Shown: positions 40,988 through 55,400 of the stretch, piece after piece
Layout of the letters: every line of letters starts with the position of its first letter
Numbering within the stretch: the stretch's first letter is position 1
DNA from: Tubulanus polymorphus
Lineage: Eukaryota; Animalia; Nemertea
NCBI RefSeq assembly: GCF_964204645.1
Contig: NC_134033.1
Span: 13,338,655 to 13,402,654, forward strand
Direction: 5' to 3'
Length of the DNA stretch: 64,000 bases
Notes under the pieces: generated by a model
Told to the model about the DNA's origin: nothing
Databases searched by the model: none
What the model saw: only the letters and a program-made list of their open reading frames with translations
Position numbers and translations under genes: made by a program

Positions 40988-41411
40988 TAAATTATTGTTT
41001 GATTCCTAAGAGAACTCTCTCTATAGAAACCATAGTTGGATGAATTAGAGAAGCCCAAACTAATCAAAATGTGTCATACGACGCAGAGAGCAGTCAACAA
41101 CTTCCATAAATCAAATATCAATTCAATTTCATATATAACAAACATTAAAACAGATTATCATCATTTATAAGTAACAGAACCAATAATAAATTGGACTTTT
41201 TTTCATTATAAGTGTCCAGATTCAGAATTCTAATTGAATGCAGGCACTAGTAAACCGTTTTTTCCATATATTTCAGCATTTTCAAACATTTTATATATAT
41301 GTACGTATAGGATGATAAACAACATATCATTGAAGTTGAACAGGTAAAAAACAATGAATCGACATCACAGCGCAATTCACGAGATATCATTAATTATCGT
41401 ATTTTTTACTG

Positions 41412-43810
41412 TTACGTCGCTGATGGCGGTTGTTGCTGTGACTGCGACTGTTGCGCTTGTTGTTGCTGTTGAGCGGGTCGAGGTGTCTTTAACTGCGTCA
41501 GAGTATCACTAGATGCGTTCGTTTTAAGTATATTGTTCTCGTATTCCAGTTGAGCATTCTGTTCTAATAGTTCTTTGATCTGCTCTTTAAGTACCTCCAC
41601 CTCTTCTCTGACTGCGAACATCAAATGACTTTTCACCAAATCCTAAAGTGAACAAAAGATCTGTTATATACTGGTATACATCAGCGAAATATAATTGCGT
41701 TGAATTTTTATCTAGTTCCAAGGTCAATATCCAACCTATTCGTCCTATAATCAATTTTCGAGGATGTTTTCCTGTGAGACGAGAAAAGTATGGCACAAAA
41801 TATATCTGACTATGGGAACATGACATATCAAATGGTTACACCATTTTCATTGTACTGAATGAATGAAACTCAGGTATATTAAGAAAAGAAGACCGGTAAT
41901 TAGATTGCAGAACTTTACACAGTACCATGACCTTGAATTTTTCAAATGTTCTTATCGCATGCTATACACATAGACATATACATGTATGGATGAGCGATTG
42001 TGCCCGATGAGATGAGCACAAATTGGAAATAAACATGTGACATTTTTACCATATAGTCGTTCTGTTTTAACAGCGTATAGCTTCAGGAGGATATCATATT
42101 TGTACAGCTGTCATCATAATGACTCCCTTCAGATATCCATTATGGTCCACGACCTCCAAGATTTCCTCAAGGCAAGACAAGAGGAAATCTCTTCCTAATG
42201 TTCTACCGCTAAATGGGCATCATCAAGAAGTAACTAAACTCCTGTTTCTGTACGTAAATAACTATGATATCTTTAATATGAGCAACAAATGCACCGGCAA
42301 TTTGAAAATAAGAACTCCATTTACTTTTTGATGATACCGTAGAACTCGCTTAATTCCGATGACTAGGGATCGCCCAGATTTCTTTGAATTAAGTAAAATC
42401 TGAATTATGTACAGTTAACATGGTTCCAGGTCAAACCGACCAACTATTTCATTCGAAATTAAGTGAAATCCGAATTAAGCGAGTTCTACTGTAGAAAATT
42501 ATAGGCACATTTTTTTAAGACTTCAGATATTTCACAGTTAACTGCAGCCGATTTCGTCGGCCGACGAAATCGCCCAGTGTGTCCGGGTCTGTTGGCGATC
42601 AAATCGGTCATAAAATCGGCGGCGATTTCGTCCAGTGTGTCCGCGGCTTTGCTGCTGAGCTTATAAGTTGACCCAGCCGGCCGCCTATCTACCCTGTACA
42701 TTACTTTAAAAAATTATAATCAAGCTTACCATAACAGACCCGGCCGCTATAGAAATGAACTGATTACAAAATGACGTCGCAAATTATGAGAAACAAGCTA
42801 TCATTATTTAGTCTCATCTAAACTTTTTAACGATTTAGTAGAAAGATTGCACTGATTAACCGTGGCATGTACAGGACTATCATATATAGATGTAAATACT
42901 AGTAAGGATGCTTTGACTTGTCACGAACACCCTGTGGTTTATGTCTCAATTCTCCAGGCTCGTATTTACATAACGTTACTTTCTAATCATACTCCGACAA
43001 ATTCCAACATGAGCATTATTAATGTTTACTTGCATTCAATTGAAATTAATTCTGGGTTGGCCGCTGTTGATGAGGCTCCGGGGAATATTAACACGAAAAA
43101 ATCATATTTGTCATCATTATACGGTGGACCTTGTGGGAGACTAATCCATGCCCGGCATATTTTAAAAGCAAACTAATCAAACATTTTAAGGGCAATGAAT
43201 TAAACTCAAAGCATTTTTTACAGACTCGCTGAAGAGTAATTTCTAGAAAATACTTATTTTCTAAGTGGCAATATGGTAATTCCATTTTCTGGATGAATCT
43301 AGAGGCAGATCTCAGTTTAATTTTGATTTTGATGGGACAACAGGTCAGAAGTTGAAAATGGGGCATATGTACTCTACAGGGTCCGATCTAAAGGATAAAA
43401 GCCACTTGCCCGCGGGCCAAGCATATCTAAAATTTCACTTACCCTCTCAAAAATCTACTTGCCCGACACACAGGAAATCCGACTGGCGGCACAATCATCT
43501 GTTTTATCGTTTTGGAACATAAAAATGCACTGGCCAAGTGGACTAATGATAATGATAACCTCCTTGCCCTAATGAGGCTTATCCCGGGCAATCGGACAAG
43601 TGTTTAGATCGGCCCGGCATAGATATCACCCTAGAATCATTTCAAACTAGATGATACAAATAACACTAGCTAGGCTATAGAAATTAAGTTAATCCTTTTA
43701 ATCCAAATCTAAAAGAGACATGAACAGAAAGGGTTAAGTAAATATGTAGGTAGGTATTACTCACCATGGCTTGTTCAATTTTATTGTCAATAGCAACAGT
43801 ACTTGAACCA
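41412..43810 (-). CDS. TSC22/DIP/bunched family protein, common 3' exons (TSC box plus leucine zipper)
   Basis: Exon 43765-43810 (phase-2 acceptor; [15 protein letters not shown]) and exon 41412-41642 ([41 protein letters not shown]-rich tail, stop). Confidence 0.96.
42337..42491. mobile_element. Tc1/mariner-pogo (Tigger-like) MITE in the last TSC22 intron
   Basis: TA-CCGTAGAACTCGCTTAATTC ... GAATTAAGCGAGTTCTACTG-TA. Confidence 0.8.
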
Positions 43811-45842
43811 CTGAAAAATATGAACGTACAGAAATATGAAACTTACACGGAGCCAAATGTGTTTAGCTTAACTAAAATCAATAGCAAATATCACGCAAAA
43901 AAATGAGCAACTCTTTTTCGTTTTCATTTTGACAGTAAATCTATTTTAGATTTTTCCACACATTAACTCGACAGTTAAACATCGAATAAAGTACACATCG
44001 CTGCGCAATAGATCAAAAAAAAAACTGTACGAACTGACAGTAATTACTAATTAAATACCGGTACATGTAAAACAACAAATACATCGAATCTAATTCAGAT
44101 CAATGAATATATACCAGTGTTTATAACGCCACGTTTTTCATCGGAGTGGCCACAAATTCTGCTCATTCCCTTCAAGTGATTACACAAAATTGAGTGAATC
44201 AGAGAAATTTCTAGGTTTAAAACGTTACAATTCATTCATTTTTCATCGAATCGCGTATTGATAAAGAAACACGTGGTCAATAGCCTTATCCGAAATTTCT
44301 GAGTTTTCCAAGTATTTGGTAAAATGTTATATATATTTTTTTGTTTTCTGTTACAGGGCCGCCATTTTCCGCCCATTTACAAATTCCCTGAGTTTTCCAT
44401 CACAAAATTCCAAATCCAAGGAAGCATTATCCGAATTCCCTGAGTTTTCTAGGTTTTTGGTAAAATTTGTCAAAGTTTTTTGTGATCGCCAGAGTTTTCC
44501 AGGTTTTCCAGGTCAGTGGCCACGCTGTTCTCAGTCGCAGCGCTTGAAGTGTACATAAGATCGATGATAAGGCGACGCTGACCGACACGAATGATGCGCG
44601 AATGATGCGGGAAGTACATCGATGAAAAAACTAATAACATCATGATTAACGTCTTCAACGCTAATGACCCGTCCATTAATAACAACGGCTCTTATATCGC
44701 AAACGAGTCGAGGACTACAATTGTCGATGAGGAATACCTGCTCGGTAACCGGACTGTAAACTAGTCACATACCGACGGACCTCATAACGGAAATGATGCC
44801 GATTCCTCATTAGACCCGAAGTTATTGATCGTCATTTCTCATCGACTTACGACTAAATAGAACCTAAATCTCGAACGGGCGAAGGCAGTGATTGATATTT
44901 TCGAAACGCGACCACATTCCAGAAATTGGTAACGAGCCGAATAAGACTTTCAAAGGATTCGGCTGGTGTGTGTAATATGGTACAGGAAGGTCGCTCTGTA
45001 TGTGGTGCGTTAACTAGATGGAAAAGGTTAGCACGCATCGGGGAAACCTAGTACATTAGCATAATTACACAAATCAACCGCGATCGTACAATTCAAAGCC
45101 ATTTGAAGATCGCAAGACTTAATTCAAAACGCGTAATTCACACACAATTCAAACTGAGGGTAATTGGACGCCATGTAAGCTCGGGAACTGATGAAATAAT
45201 TGACTGTGCAACAATTTCAATGAAGGAAGCGAGGATTCAGCGATAATTCGCCAGGTGTCGCTAGTGGCACTGGGTTACCGCGCTTCAATTTCCTTCCACA
45301 TTTCAATCAAACTCGAATCAACTTTTCTCATAAGCAATCTCATACGCCGAGTAAGAAAGGTAATCCTATAACCAATGAAACTCGCCGCTATCATAGAGCC
45401 AGTCAATTGATCGCTCATCACCAAAATACCTGCAATCAAGTGTCCACATCAGATCACACTCAACGCGCGGCCGCAGTCATTGATGGTTCAGCCTGATTTC
45501 ATTTCATCGACATGAACGATCATCATATAATCAATGTCGTCATACGATTTTGGAATTTAGCCCGCCAATATTTCGAGAATTCAATCTCCGACAAATGCCT
45601 TACGTTGCATGAAACCTGAGCATGTTTCAAGACGCTACTCTCTTCGAATCGGATGTCATACATTTGTAAATTTTCTGTCGAGTCAGTAGTAATAGTAGGC
45701 TATTAGTAATAGTGGGTACTAAAAAGCTTACAAAAAACCGACGACTTTGAATTGCTCTGAAGTGAAATATCGCGAATATGGATCAAAACCTCGCGTTACA
45801 ATCAATATATAGGAACATCGGTTAAAAAACACTCATACTCAC

Positions 45843-45862
45843 ATATACAGACAATGAATCAT
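45843..45862 (-). CDS. Candidate short alternative first exon of TSC22 (MIHCLY; the frame stays open to 46027)
   Basis: ATG ATT CAT TGT CTG TAT AT|GTGAGT, phase 2; CCAAT/ATTGG cluster at about 46198-46220 upstream. Confidence 0.35.
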
Positions 45863-46382
45863 GTATTGACATGTTTTTTTTAAGTACTGCCTGCACACAT
45901 TTCGTGGAAATAAACGGTGTTTATACAGATAGAAATCTAACAGTATGCAATATGTACGAAACATGCAACTCCTCGGGCCACTTGGATGAAGTGCAAGCAC
46001 CTGAGGTGATATATTTAGTGCTGGCATAACCGAATATTTTTCCTAAACCGAACTAAAAACAAAGGAGCTCTAACCGCTACCGCGTGTGCAGTTAACTGCA
46101 ATACAGGATATGAATTGATAGCAATAAGGACGATTATAAATACGCGTATTTCAGGGATAAGGGCATCTATATCTAGGCGCGTTGGAAGCAATTTTCGATT
46201 GGCGCGGCCAATTGCCAATTTTTCCATAGGTTCTAATATTGCAACGGCGAATTTACTCCAATTTCATCAAAAATATAGTACAGAAAAAAAAAAAAAAACA
46301 TCATTCAGCAAATTATTGCCACGGCTTTCGCCAATGCAGTCGCTACGGTTACAACGCCACTGATTTCGAGGAGATCCCTTAA

Positions 46383-46670
46383 CCCTTTCAGTGCTGGCTA
46401 ATTAATACCCTTTAGTGCTGAAGATAATTTGAAAATTCTGAAAAATTCCACCCTAGTGTGTTGAATAACGGGAATAGCACTATAGTGCGTCTACACCGCG
46501 GCGCGGTATATCGATAGTTACTAATATTTCACTATGTTTGACAGGTGCTGCCATCTTTCAAGAGAGATAATTAGTAATTACTAATTAAATCAATACACCG
46601 CAGTGCGGTGTACTAGCAAAATCCATCACTGATTCGTACACTACACTGCGGTGTAGACGCACTGAAAGGG
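46383..46670. mobile_element. piggyBac-type MITE
   Basis: TTAA-CCCTTTCAGTGC ... GCACTGAAAGGG-TTAA (TTAA target duplication, CCC/GGG ends). Confidence 0.88.
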
Positions 46671-47113
46671 TTAAATTTGACTTCATGTTTTAGAAATAAA
46701 GCTTCATAAGAAAACTCAATGAATGTAAATCGATCTTACGACGACGTCTAGCGAAGCAACAGTCACGTACTAACACTAGGCCTACATATTTAATGAAATT
46801 TCCTTTAATGAAAAAAAAAACCTTATCTATAAGAATAGTTGAAACGTCTGAGACATGAATTATACAGTTGCTACATTAGTCATAGCTATTCTCTCAACTC
46901 GCTACACGAGAAATACTGTGTGTTATACAAGAATTGATACGAAGATTCAGAAAAAAATTTGTAACCTGTGCCCACCCCCTCAGTACATCCGGCATATTCG
47001 CGTGGGATGCACATCTTCAATACTGAATTGATGGAAATATCTGCGAAGATTTCTCCCAGAAGAAAACTGCAAAAAGTGCCAATTCAGGACGAGAACAGCT
47101 TGAAGCGGGTTAA

Positions 47114-47394
47114 CCCTTTCAGTGCTGACTAATTAATACCCTATAGTGCTGGAGATAATTTGAAAATTCTAAAAAATTCCGCCCTAGCGTGTTGAACAAC
47201 GGGAATACCACTATAGTGCGTCTACACTGCGGTGCGGTGTATCGTTAGTAACTAGTATTTCACTATGTTTGACACGTGCTGCCATTTTTCAAGAGGGATA
47301 ATTACTAATTACATCAATACACCGCAGTGCGGTGTACTAGCAAAATCTATCACTGATGTATACACCGCAGTGCAGTGAAGACGCACTGAGAGGG
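47114..47394. mobile_element. piggyBac-type MITE, second copy in the same orientation
   Basis: TTAA-CCCTTTCAGTGC ... GCACTGAGAGGG-TTAA; similar to 46383-46670 along its whole length. Confidence 0.88.
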
Positions 47395-48855
47395 TTAAAA
47401 TATGACGACGTTTCAATATGGGGAAAACGAAAAATTCCACTTCACAATGGAAACACTAGAGCATCGCTGAAAAACGAACTTTTATATCGCATAGGATTCC
47501 AATCCAACTACCGCGATGGTCTGATCATTTTCAGCGTTGGATATTTACTGTAATAGATAATTTCTCGAAGCAATTTTTTCAACCGACAGCAAAAAGCAAT
47601 AGTGCGACAACGACGGCAGCTGCATCTCGTATGGAATGCATTTATGGCCATTCATAATGTATCGTATCATATTTCCGGAGAAAGGACTTATGACCATCAA
47701 TACCTGACAGCGTTTATTAACGCGAGCACGTTTTTAATATGATGACTATATTCGTTAATTGCTGCAGCGGTCCTACAAATACCCAGGGGAAATATTAACC
47801 ATATTATACGCATATATACCTTTAAGTGTTCCTTTTCATGCGTGATTATTATGTTTAGTAATCACGAACAATAGTTGAAGCAATTACTGGTGAGAATATT
47901 TTTAATATTTATGTCTAATGTTACATAATTGTTGCGCGCTACTTCACGCTCATTATACAACCGGAGTACAATTTCATTATATATACACCCAGCCATTTGT
48001 CATAGAACAAAAAATTAGCTTTATATTACGTAAAGACTTAAAATGGTTTATGGCAAGTTTATAAACAGCAACAAACAATATTACCTAAGATAAAAAACAG
48101 TCTGAAGACCGTCACTGAACTCCTACCGAATTCTCCATCGAGAATCAGTTCAGATTCGGTAAAATAGATTTTAACATTTAAAACTTCATTTCCTGAAAAA
48201 GGTAATTTGCGCGATGTTCCTAAAAGCTTATGGCTCGCGCTCGAGTCAATACGTAAATGCACAATCAACTGCTTTCATCCGAATTGCTTGTTAGACAAAG
48301 TGTTTTTATTGATATATTGATCTTCGCCGATACTCTCTCTCTTCTTTTCTTTTACGAATCGAGTAAAATAAGATAACTTCAATAGGGACATGATGTTGCA
48401 ACTTCTTAAATGAACTACAAACAAGTGTAAGTCCTTTTATAAGTTGTCCCCAAGCAAGATTTGCTGGACCTGTATAGTGTAAAAGTCGCGAGTGGACTAA
48501 AAAGGCACTAAAAGAAAATGTGATGGATCCTCCCCTGACTACAGAGCATTGTATCGTATCCTGTTGTATTGATATCTGCACAGGTAGAAATTAGTATCAG
48601 CTATAAACAGGCCAAAAGTGACATCTTGAACAGGTTTATTTTTTTCAACAAGATCAGCCACACATTATTTCCACTGACACAGCTGAGCCACCATGAGCAC
48701 ATAAAATGGAGGCTTCAGTTTGAAATCTATATCACCATGTTCTTCTCACACGCTAGACATTTTCCCCAAACGTGCCTTCATTTCTTTGAAAAAATATTTT
48801 CTAGTTAATTTTATGGGCAGCTCCTACACGCACCAGTAGATCCGATGTAGATTTA

Positions 48856-49210
48856 AGCCTAGCGCACATCGACACTGCGATTCGAGACTAGTTGCCAGGC
48901 AGTTTTCGGCGCATGAGAGGAACTGGCTGGATACGATCAGTTGCTTGAATGTGTCGATGTGAGCGAGCTTACGATTGGTAAGCGTCGATCTATCTCCAGT
49001 TCCAGCCAGTTGCCCATGTTCTACTTTTGAGCAACTGGTTGTACTCAATCGCAGTCATATCCGTCGATGTGCGCGCTCTGGATTTCGACGACCGACACGC
49101 GCCATGCAGTTGCTGCAACTGACCGGTTGTAACTAGATTTCGATGTGCGCGGGATAATCGTTCGGTAGCAAGTAGTTGTCTCCAATCGCAGTGTCGATGT
49201 GCGCTAGGCT
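48856..49210. mobile_element. PIF/Harbinger-type MITE
   Basis: TTA-AGCCTAGCGCACATCGACACTGCGATT ... AATCGCAGTGTCGATGTGCGCTAGGCT-TTA: a 27-bp perfect TIR, 3-bp TTA TSD, and internal repeats of TCGATGTGCGC. Confidence 0.88.
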
Positions 49211-50114
49211 TTAGACTCTAGCACATGGGTGGATTCAGAGAGTTCAAATGTGCCATCCAAAAAATCAGGAAAAATGTTTTTTTGCAAAAGAGGCATTTTT
49301 TTCCAAGAAATAGGGAGAATAGGCCAGAACAGCCCATTCATTGTCCCAGAATTTTTGAAGATTTTCTGGGACCAAGATCTTGTGTGTTTTGCGCCTACGT
49401 TGGTCACATGGCCAAATCCACCATTTCTCAATCGTGTACCCATTCAGATTTTCAGGTCCACTCTTTCAAAATATCCAAGAACCGGCGTTGCAGAAGAAAT
49501 ATAACTGAAAACTCATTTTTTGACGATTGCTATCGTCGTGAAAAGTAAATAAAGACGAAACCCGACTGATTTACATTTAGGTGGAGTGAAATGTCAATTA
49601 TCCCTATGGGAAAAATATTCAAGATATGTTTCGTTAGAAGAACTTGAGATGATCAGACACTTCTGAACTGGATCAAGAGATGCCACGGAGAATCTAAATC
49701 ACACACTCTTTTAGACCTCTCTGACAGAACGCTCTACGCCGCCGTGAACAACCCTCTTCAGTCAACATTTATGTCAGTCAAGGATCCGACGTTTTAAATG
49801 AGATAGCAAGACATTTATTATTCTCAACAAATTGATATGAATTTCTTCCTATGAAAAGTTTTTGTTTCATTATTTTGTTCGAACCGTAATCGATGGCGTC
49901 ATACACGTGTGAGGCTCATTAATTATAGCATCTGTTTTAAACACTGCCTAATAATTAATAATCGCTAATAAAAATTCTAGCCGGAAAATATGCAATACAT
50001 GCATCACCTGATATCTATAAAAGGTCAACAAATTCCTGCAATGCGTCATGTGCACTATTGAAAAAATATCTATGTGACTGAAGTGATGAGATGACAGCCA
50101 GGAGTGAGTCATCC

Positions 50115-50432
50115 TCTCCCGGCATGGATTCGAACCTGATGGCATCGCTACACTCAGCCATGGCACGGACCCTGCCACAGTAAGAATGGGTGCGCAGCTT
50201 TGCCGCGCAAAAACTTGTGGCACCAATCAGATTGCTCGTTGTATAATCGCTGAGGTAAATTTGATGGATAAACTATAAATGATAAACTATTACATATGAA
50301 TAACCAGCGCTAAAATAAAACAGGATGTCGGATTCGCTAATAATGACATCAAGCTGCACACTCGGTCTAGAATGGCAGGGTCTCAGTGCCGTGGTGAATC
50401 TATATGCCATCAGGTTCGAATCCCAGCAAGAA
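50115..50432. mobile_element. Two divergently oriented tRNA-like (SINE-head) fragments
   Basis: The minus copy (50115-50177) and plus copy (50373-50432) both read TGGCAGGGTC..GTGCCRTGG...ATGCCATCAGGTTCGAATCC (B box). Confidence 0.55.
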
Positions 50433-51971
50433 GCTAACTTTCGAGCCTCGGCGCAGTTAAAAACTGAATAAGATAAACTTATATAAGTTTAACTTAGATA
50501 AACTTAAAAAAATATAGTTCTCACCATGACAGACAACTGATTTTCAAACCTAGCGGAATAATTTGCCGAGCCAAAAAATGATACAATTTTACCGGAGAAA
50601 GAAACGTGTTTTGCGCAATACAGGACGAGATAGCTCAGCCTTATGAACAATCAACTCTCTGCACGCTTAATTCAGGTCAACATTTTTAATGAAAAATTCC
50701 AATTTAAACTCGAATATCTACGTCAGAAACGTCAGAAACCGGAGATACTATTTTTCGTCATATAAATTGATACTGGGGGTAATAATATGGGATCAGATTG
50801 TTGTTGCTACGCGACTGCAGGAAACTAAAATATAGGGCGTACACCTGTTGAAACAATGGTTGTCGCCTTTTCTAATGTGTTATACGCGCTATTTAGATCA
50901 ATAAATTTAACAATATCAACAATTATATTTTTATTTCAAAAGATATAATGATTATTCAATCGGTAGCAGTTGAAATAACGAGGGCTAAGTTGTAAACGAG
51001 AATGGTTGGGAGGGAGAGGAGAGATGTAGTCACGGGGAACGAACTCCTGACTTCCCTTCGAGGTTGCCCTTTTCAACAGAGATTTTTAAAACCTATTTAT
51101 TTGACACTCATCCTCTTAGAAATTGAATCTTTTTTGGGTTTATTTCTACAAAAATTTCTAATACCAAGGGAGGGACCCCGCTAATGACCATTGATGGCAG
51201 CTCTATCTGAAAAATGCCCTTCTTTTCTTCTAGACCCCGGCCTCCTGAATGTCCTAGATCTGCCCCTGCTGTATGCTATTGCCGATAAGAAATTTTGTCA
51301 CCTCAAAACAGTTATATTTCGAACTATTGGTTGAAAGTGAAATCAAATAACAATGCAGAGAACAGCTGCAGAATTCAAATTACAAAGTAAATATCAATTT
51401 ACATCAATCGTCACTCGACCTAACTAAACTTATAGTAAAACATGAATATGCATTTTCAGACATAAGACCACAATGAGGTCGAGTAGCTTCAAAATGTATA
51501 GGACAGGACCCCAAAAATGGTACCTAGAGTGAAAAGGGTCCCCCATAAAAGTTGCCATTGTTCAGCAAATTGATGATGAACTAAGGGATTCCCTGTACTT
51601 TTTTGTTTGGAGTAAGAGTACAAAACACGGTGGGGGATTCCCTTCAATATACTGGCACACCTGTACTGGGATACCCCTCCTTTCTAAAGGTTTGATTATT
51701 TTTAAAAAGTTAGGTTGGGTACGTGGGCCGAAAAGCACTTCAATGCGTAGCTAAGATGCTGGCCTATGAGCCATAAGCAGGATTTCCCCTGAATTTACGC
51801 ACTTATATATGAACTAAACGCTCGAATTTCTTGTTTTTACCACAGGATATATAGATGATGATTTCGAAATAGTGGAGCCGAGCTCTTTATTGTACAGTTA
51901 TTTGTTCGATGGGATAAAAACATAAGAATGATGATTCACACGCATTCTTCAGGTCCGCCGCATTAACATAC

Positions 51972-52429
51972 CTTTGTAGTTTTAACAAGGTGAAGTTACA
52001 CGCTGCTAACAGCACTGCCGGATCAAGAGACATTAGTAAATCCTGTAGGTTTATAGTCATCGTTGACTGTACGGGCACGGCTGCAGATGGAAGCTTTATA
52101 ATCGACGACTGAGGACTCGGTCCCATCGACGTTGTCACCGTTTTCGACACAGTTTGATTATTTTTCGTAATCGGCGAGGTCACCGCTGCCGGATTAGAGG
52201 TAAGATTAGCACCAATAGTTTGATGGTTTAAAGTCGCGGAAGTCGTAGCGACTTGAGGAGACGCGGGGGGATGTTGTTCGGATACCATTTTGGTCGCGGC
52301 GCTATTGACCACTAATCTGTGGTTGTCGTCGTTGGAAGGAGAACTATCGGATGTTTTCTGGTCGCCATTCATCTGTTGCACGGCCGCCGTTGATGGAGTC
52401 TGTTTTAAATCGGATAATGATTGGTACAT
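51972..52429 (-). CDS. Candidate alternative first coding exon of TSC22 (S/T/P/Q-rich, about 152 aa)
   Basis: ATG at 52429, open frame to ...LKLQ AG|GTATGT, phase 2; joins in frame as [11 protein letters not shown]. Confidence 0.7.
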
Positions 52430-55400
52430 CGAGGAGATCTCATTAAAAACACGCTTCAATTCATAATATAATCATCCACGCGGTACAAAAAACAGAATCC
52501 GTTTTTATCCGTTAACAACAAGTCCTGACATGAAAAAATTTGTTTTGATAATTGTCCGCTTTTCGGCACAGCTATCTTTCAACCCTGATCGACTTCGACC
52601 TAAAACAGTTAATTCGTAATGAAATAATATCAAATCCAGGAAATTCATTTAATACTCCGCATCCGATATGAATAGGAAACTTTCTACGTAAACAGCTGCG
52701 CGAAACTATTTCCAAATACATAGAACGGGTCAATAACTAAATCTGCAGACAACTCTTTACCGCTATTAACAGGTCAATGGCCGCCTGTGGTAGCTGACAC
52801 AATTTCCCCTCGTATAAATAGGTAAGGTAGCGCGATGCAATCGTTATAATAACAGCTACATCAAATTACATAACGAACAATCATTTCTTCTTCTGAGAAA
52901 AAAATCAAACGTAGAACAAAAAAAAAAAATGTTGGCCAAACGGCCTAAAAATGTTTTTAGGTCGCGATAAAATGGATCCTGAGAAAAAAGTAAATTCGAT
53001 GAACTATGAATTTGAATAAGACAACGCGAACAATTTTGAGCTTTTTCGCGAATAAAAATTTACATACAATGTATGTCAAAATGTTAATGTAATCTCCTAA
53101 CTTTCAATTTAGTTAAAATGAGATATTTTTTCCCGTCAATATTGGATTTTTAAAATATTTTCTTCCTTTTCTCTCCTACTTTTTGTATGAAATAAAGTCT
53201 TCATCATTATTACTTGCATTGCATATGATTAAATTCTTTTGACTTCAATTTCTACTTTCCAATCAACATTTGCAAATGGCCGCCTTTACAGATAATAAAC
53301 AAATCGACTGATCACTTTGTTAATTTACACTAAAACTCAAGCCAAACATGTTCACAACAACTTGATATGAAATGCAAATAAACCATTTCAATAAACGCTT
53401 CGACTGGTTTTATAAACAGAATTAGAATTCAACGCGTCCACATTTTACCGAAAAATGTCCATCATATCTCTTCATGTAGACCGTAAATATGTGGGTTATA
53501 TCTACTTGACATGATTCCCAGTGTTATCCAATACCCAACACTAAACAACTCTTGATTTCATTTTTACGCATTATGGGGCACATGTTATTAATCAAAAATA
53601 ATACTTTAATAGATAATTTTTAAGATACTCTTTCATTATAGAACATTTTATCTCTAGATGAATTATTGCGGGATTTCTGATATATTTAACCTTTTCATTC
53701 ACGAACTTTACACAGATATCAAATGTATCTTTTCGACTTATATAATGACCATAAATTTCGATAGCCATCCTTTCTGAAAAAACCTTAAATATTCTGAAAT
53801 TTAAACCATTTTCCAATCATTGAGAAGCAAAATTCGCAAAAAAGGGAACAACATTAGTCAGTCATCAATATACGACAGTAAAAATACGTGATTGAGTGCA
53901 ATCTCCTTGACTCATATACATATATATATATATCCATAGAAATAATTCAAACTGATATGAGTAACAGTAATAATAATCCTTAATGCCAGGTTCAACTGAG
54001 TGTATTTAAATCTGAATACATAATATAAAGTTTCTACTAACTCAAATTTCTACTTTTTCAATCCGAACGTTCGAATTTTAATCATTAATTGAATGATAGA
54101 AATTTTCTATAAAAATGTTCTCTTTAATTCGAGATATCTCCATTTACGTCTACGGCAGTCAAATGACAAGTCGTCGTCATCGTGCGCGGCGTGCATCGAG
54201 TAAAAAAAAAACCGAGAGATGAGAGAAAATGTGAACTGACAACTCAATAAATGTCACGCAATCGGATCCATTTTACCGAGGCTTTCATGGAGTAACACCT
54301 GGGGTACGCAAAGTGGTTTGACGAGAAATTCGACGAGCGTCGCCGCGAAAAAGTCAAAGGCCGTCGAGATTTATCCTCCATCATTCTAGTTTTAATAACT
54401 GCCGAAATAATTCATAAGAATTCTTGACCATGCCTCGGACATGGCCAACTCGGACTAGACTGAAATCATTTCTCAGTTTTTCCTAACATTTTTTTGACTA
54501 ACTCTGACTAGAAATAAATCATTTTCTGTCTTCCTAACGTATTTCCTTATCCTTAATTCAGACTTCGCTTACCTCAGACAGATTTCGCCGGTTTGTCAGA
54601 ATTAGGCGAGATCTACCGTAACATTAAGCAATTGTAAAGATCGCCCGGCGGCGGGGTAAAGGTATGTCGCCGCACGTAATAACTCCTCAATCTGTAACCA
54701 ATCAGAAACTACTGCAAATACATCGGCAATAGAAGCAATGGATGCAATACCGTCTTAAGAAGCTGCCAATGATTGGATTCCGATGGCCAATACGGCAATA
54801 TAGTATAACCATTCAATTCGACACGCGAATCTCCTTGTTACCAACATTATTATTTCCTGACATGGAAATTGTTGAATCGCATACGTGAGCTGATGATCTA
54901 CGACGACATGAATCACAATCTCTACGTCGTCGTCGTTGTACGTCCATCTGATTTCAGCACATTCTTCTCAATTCAACAACTTACCATTAAACAAGAAAAC
55001 TCAACTCGAAAGTTAAACGACGCCTTGAAAATTGACACATATATCGCTTTATATTGTCGACAATGAATAATATAATAATGATATATTATGAATTATCTAA
55101 TATTAAAGATTTTTTGAATTTGAGTATATCCATAATTGTATTGAATTGCACATCTTCGGGAAGAAGTTATTCGGCCAACTAAAATTAGGCCTAATAAAAC
55201 AAGAGTTATGAAATATGTCTAATTACAAAATAAATGCCAAAATTCAGTTTTAGTTGTAATTTTGAAACGCCGATATTGATGACATAGACTCACTCAGAAC
55301 CCCTTAAATAACGCAAAGTAGTTATAAACATTATTGTAAAGGTTTTTACCGCGTCAAAAAATCCTGCCTCAAGAAAAAATGGATAAAAATTCCTCTTTTA

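Noticed and set aside
54572-54812. Strong minus-strand donor GAG|GTAAGC as another TSC22 coding exon
   Set aside because: I found no ATG-initiated open frame reaching the donor; at most it is a non-coding exon.
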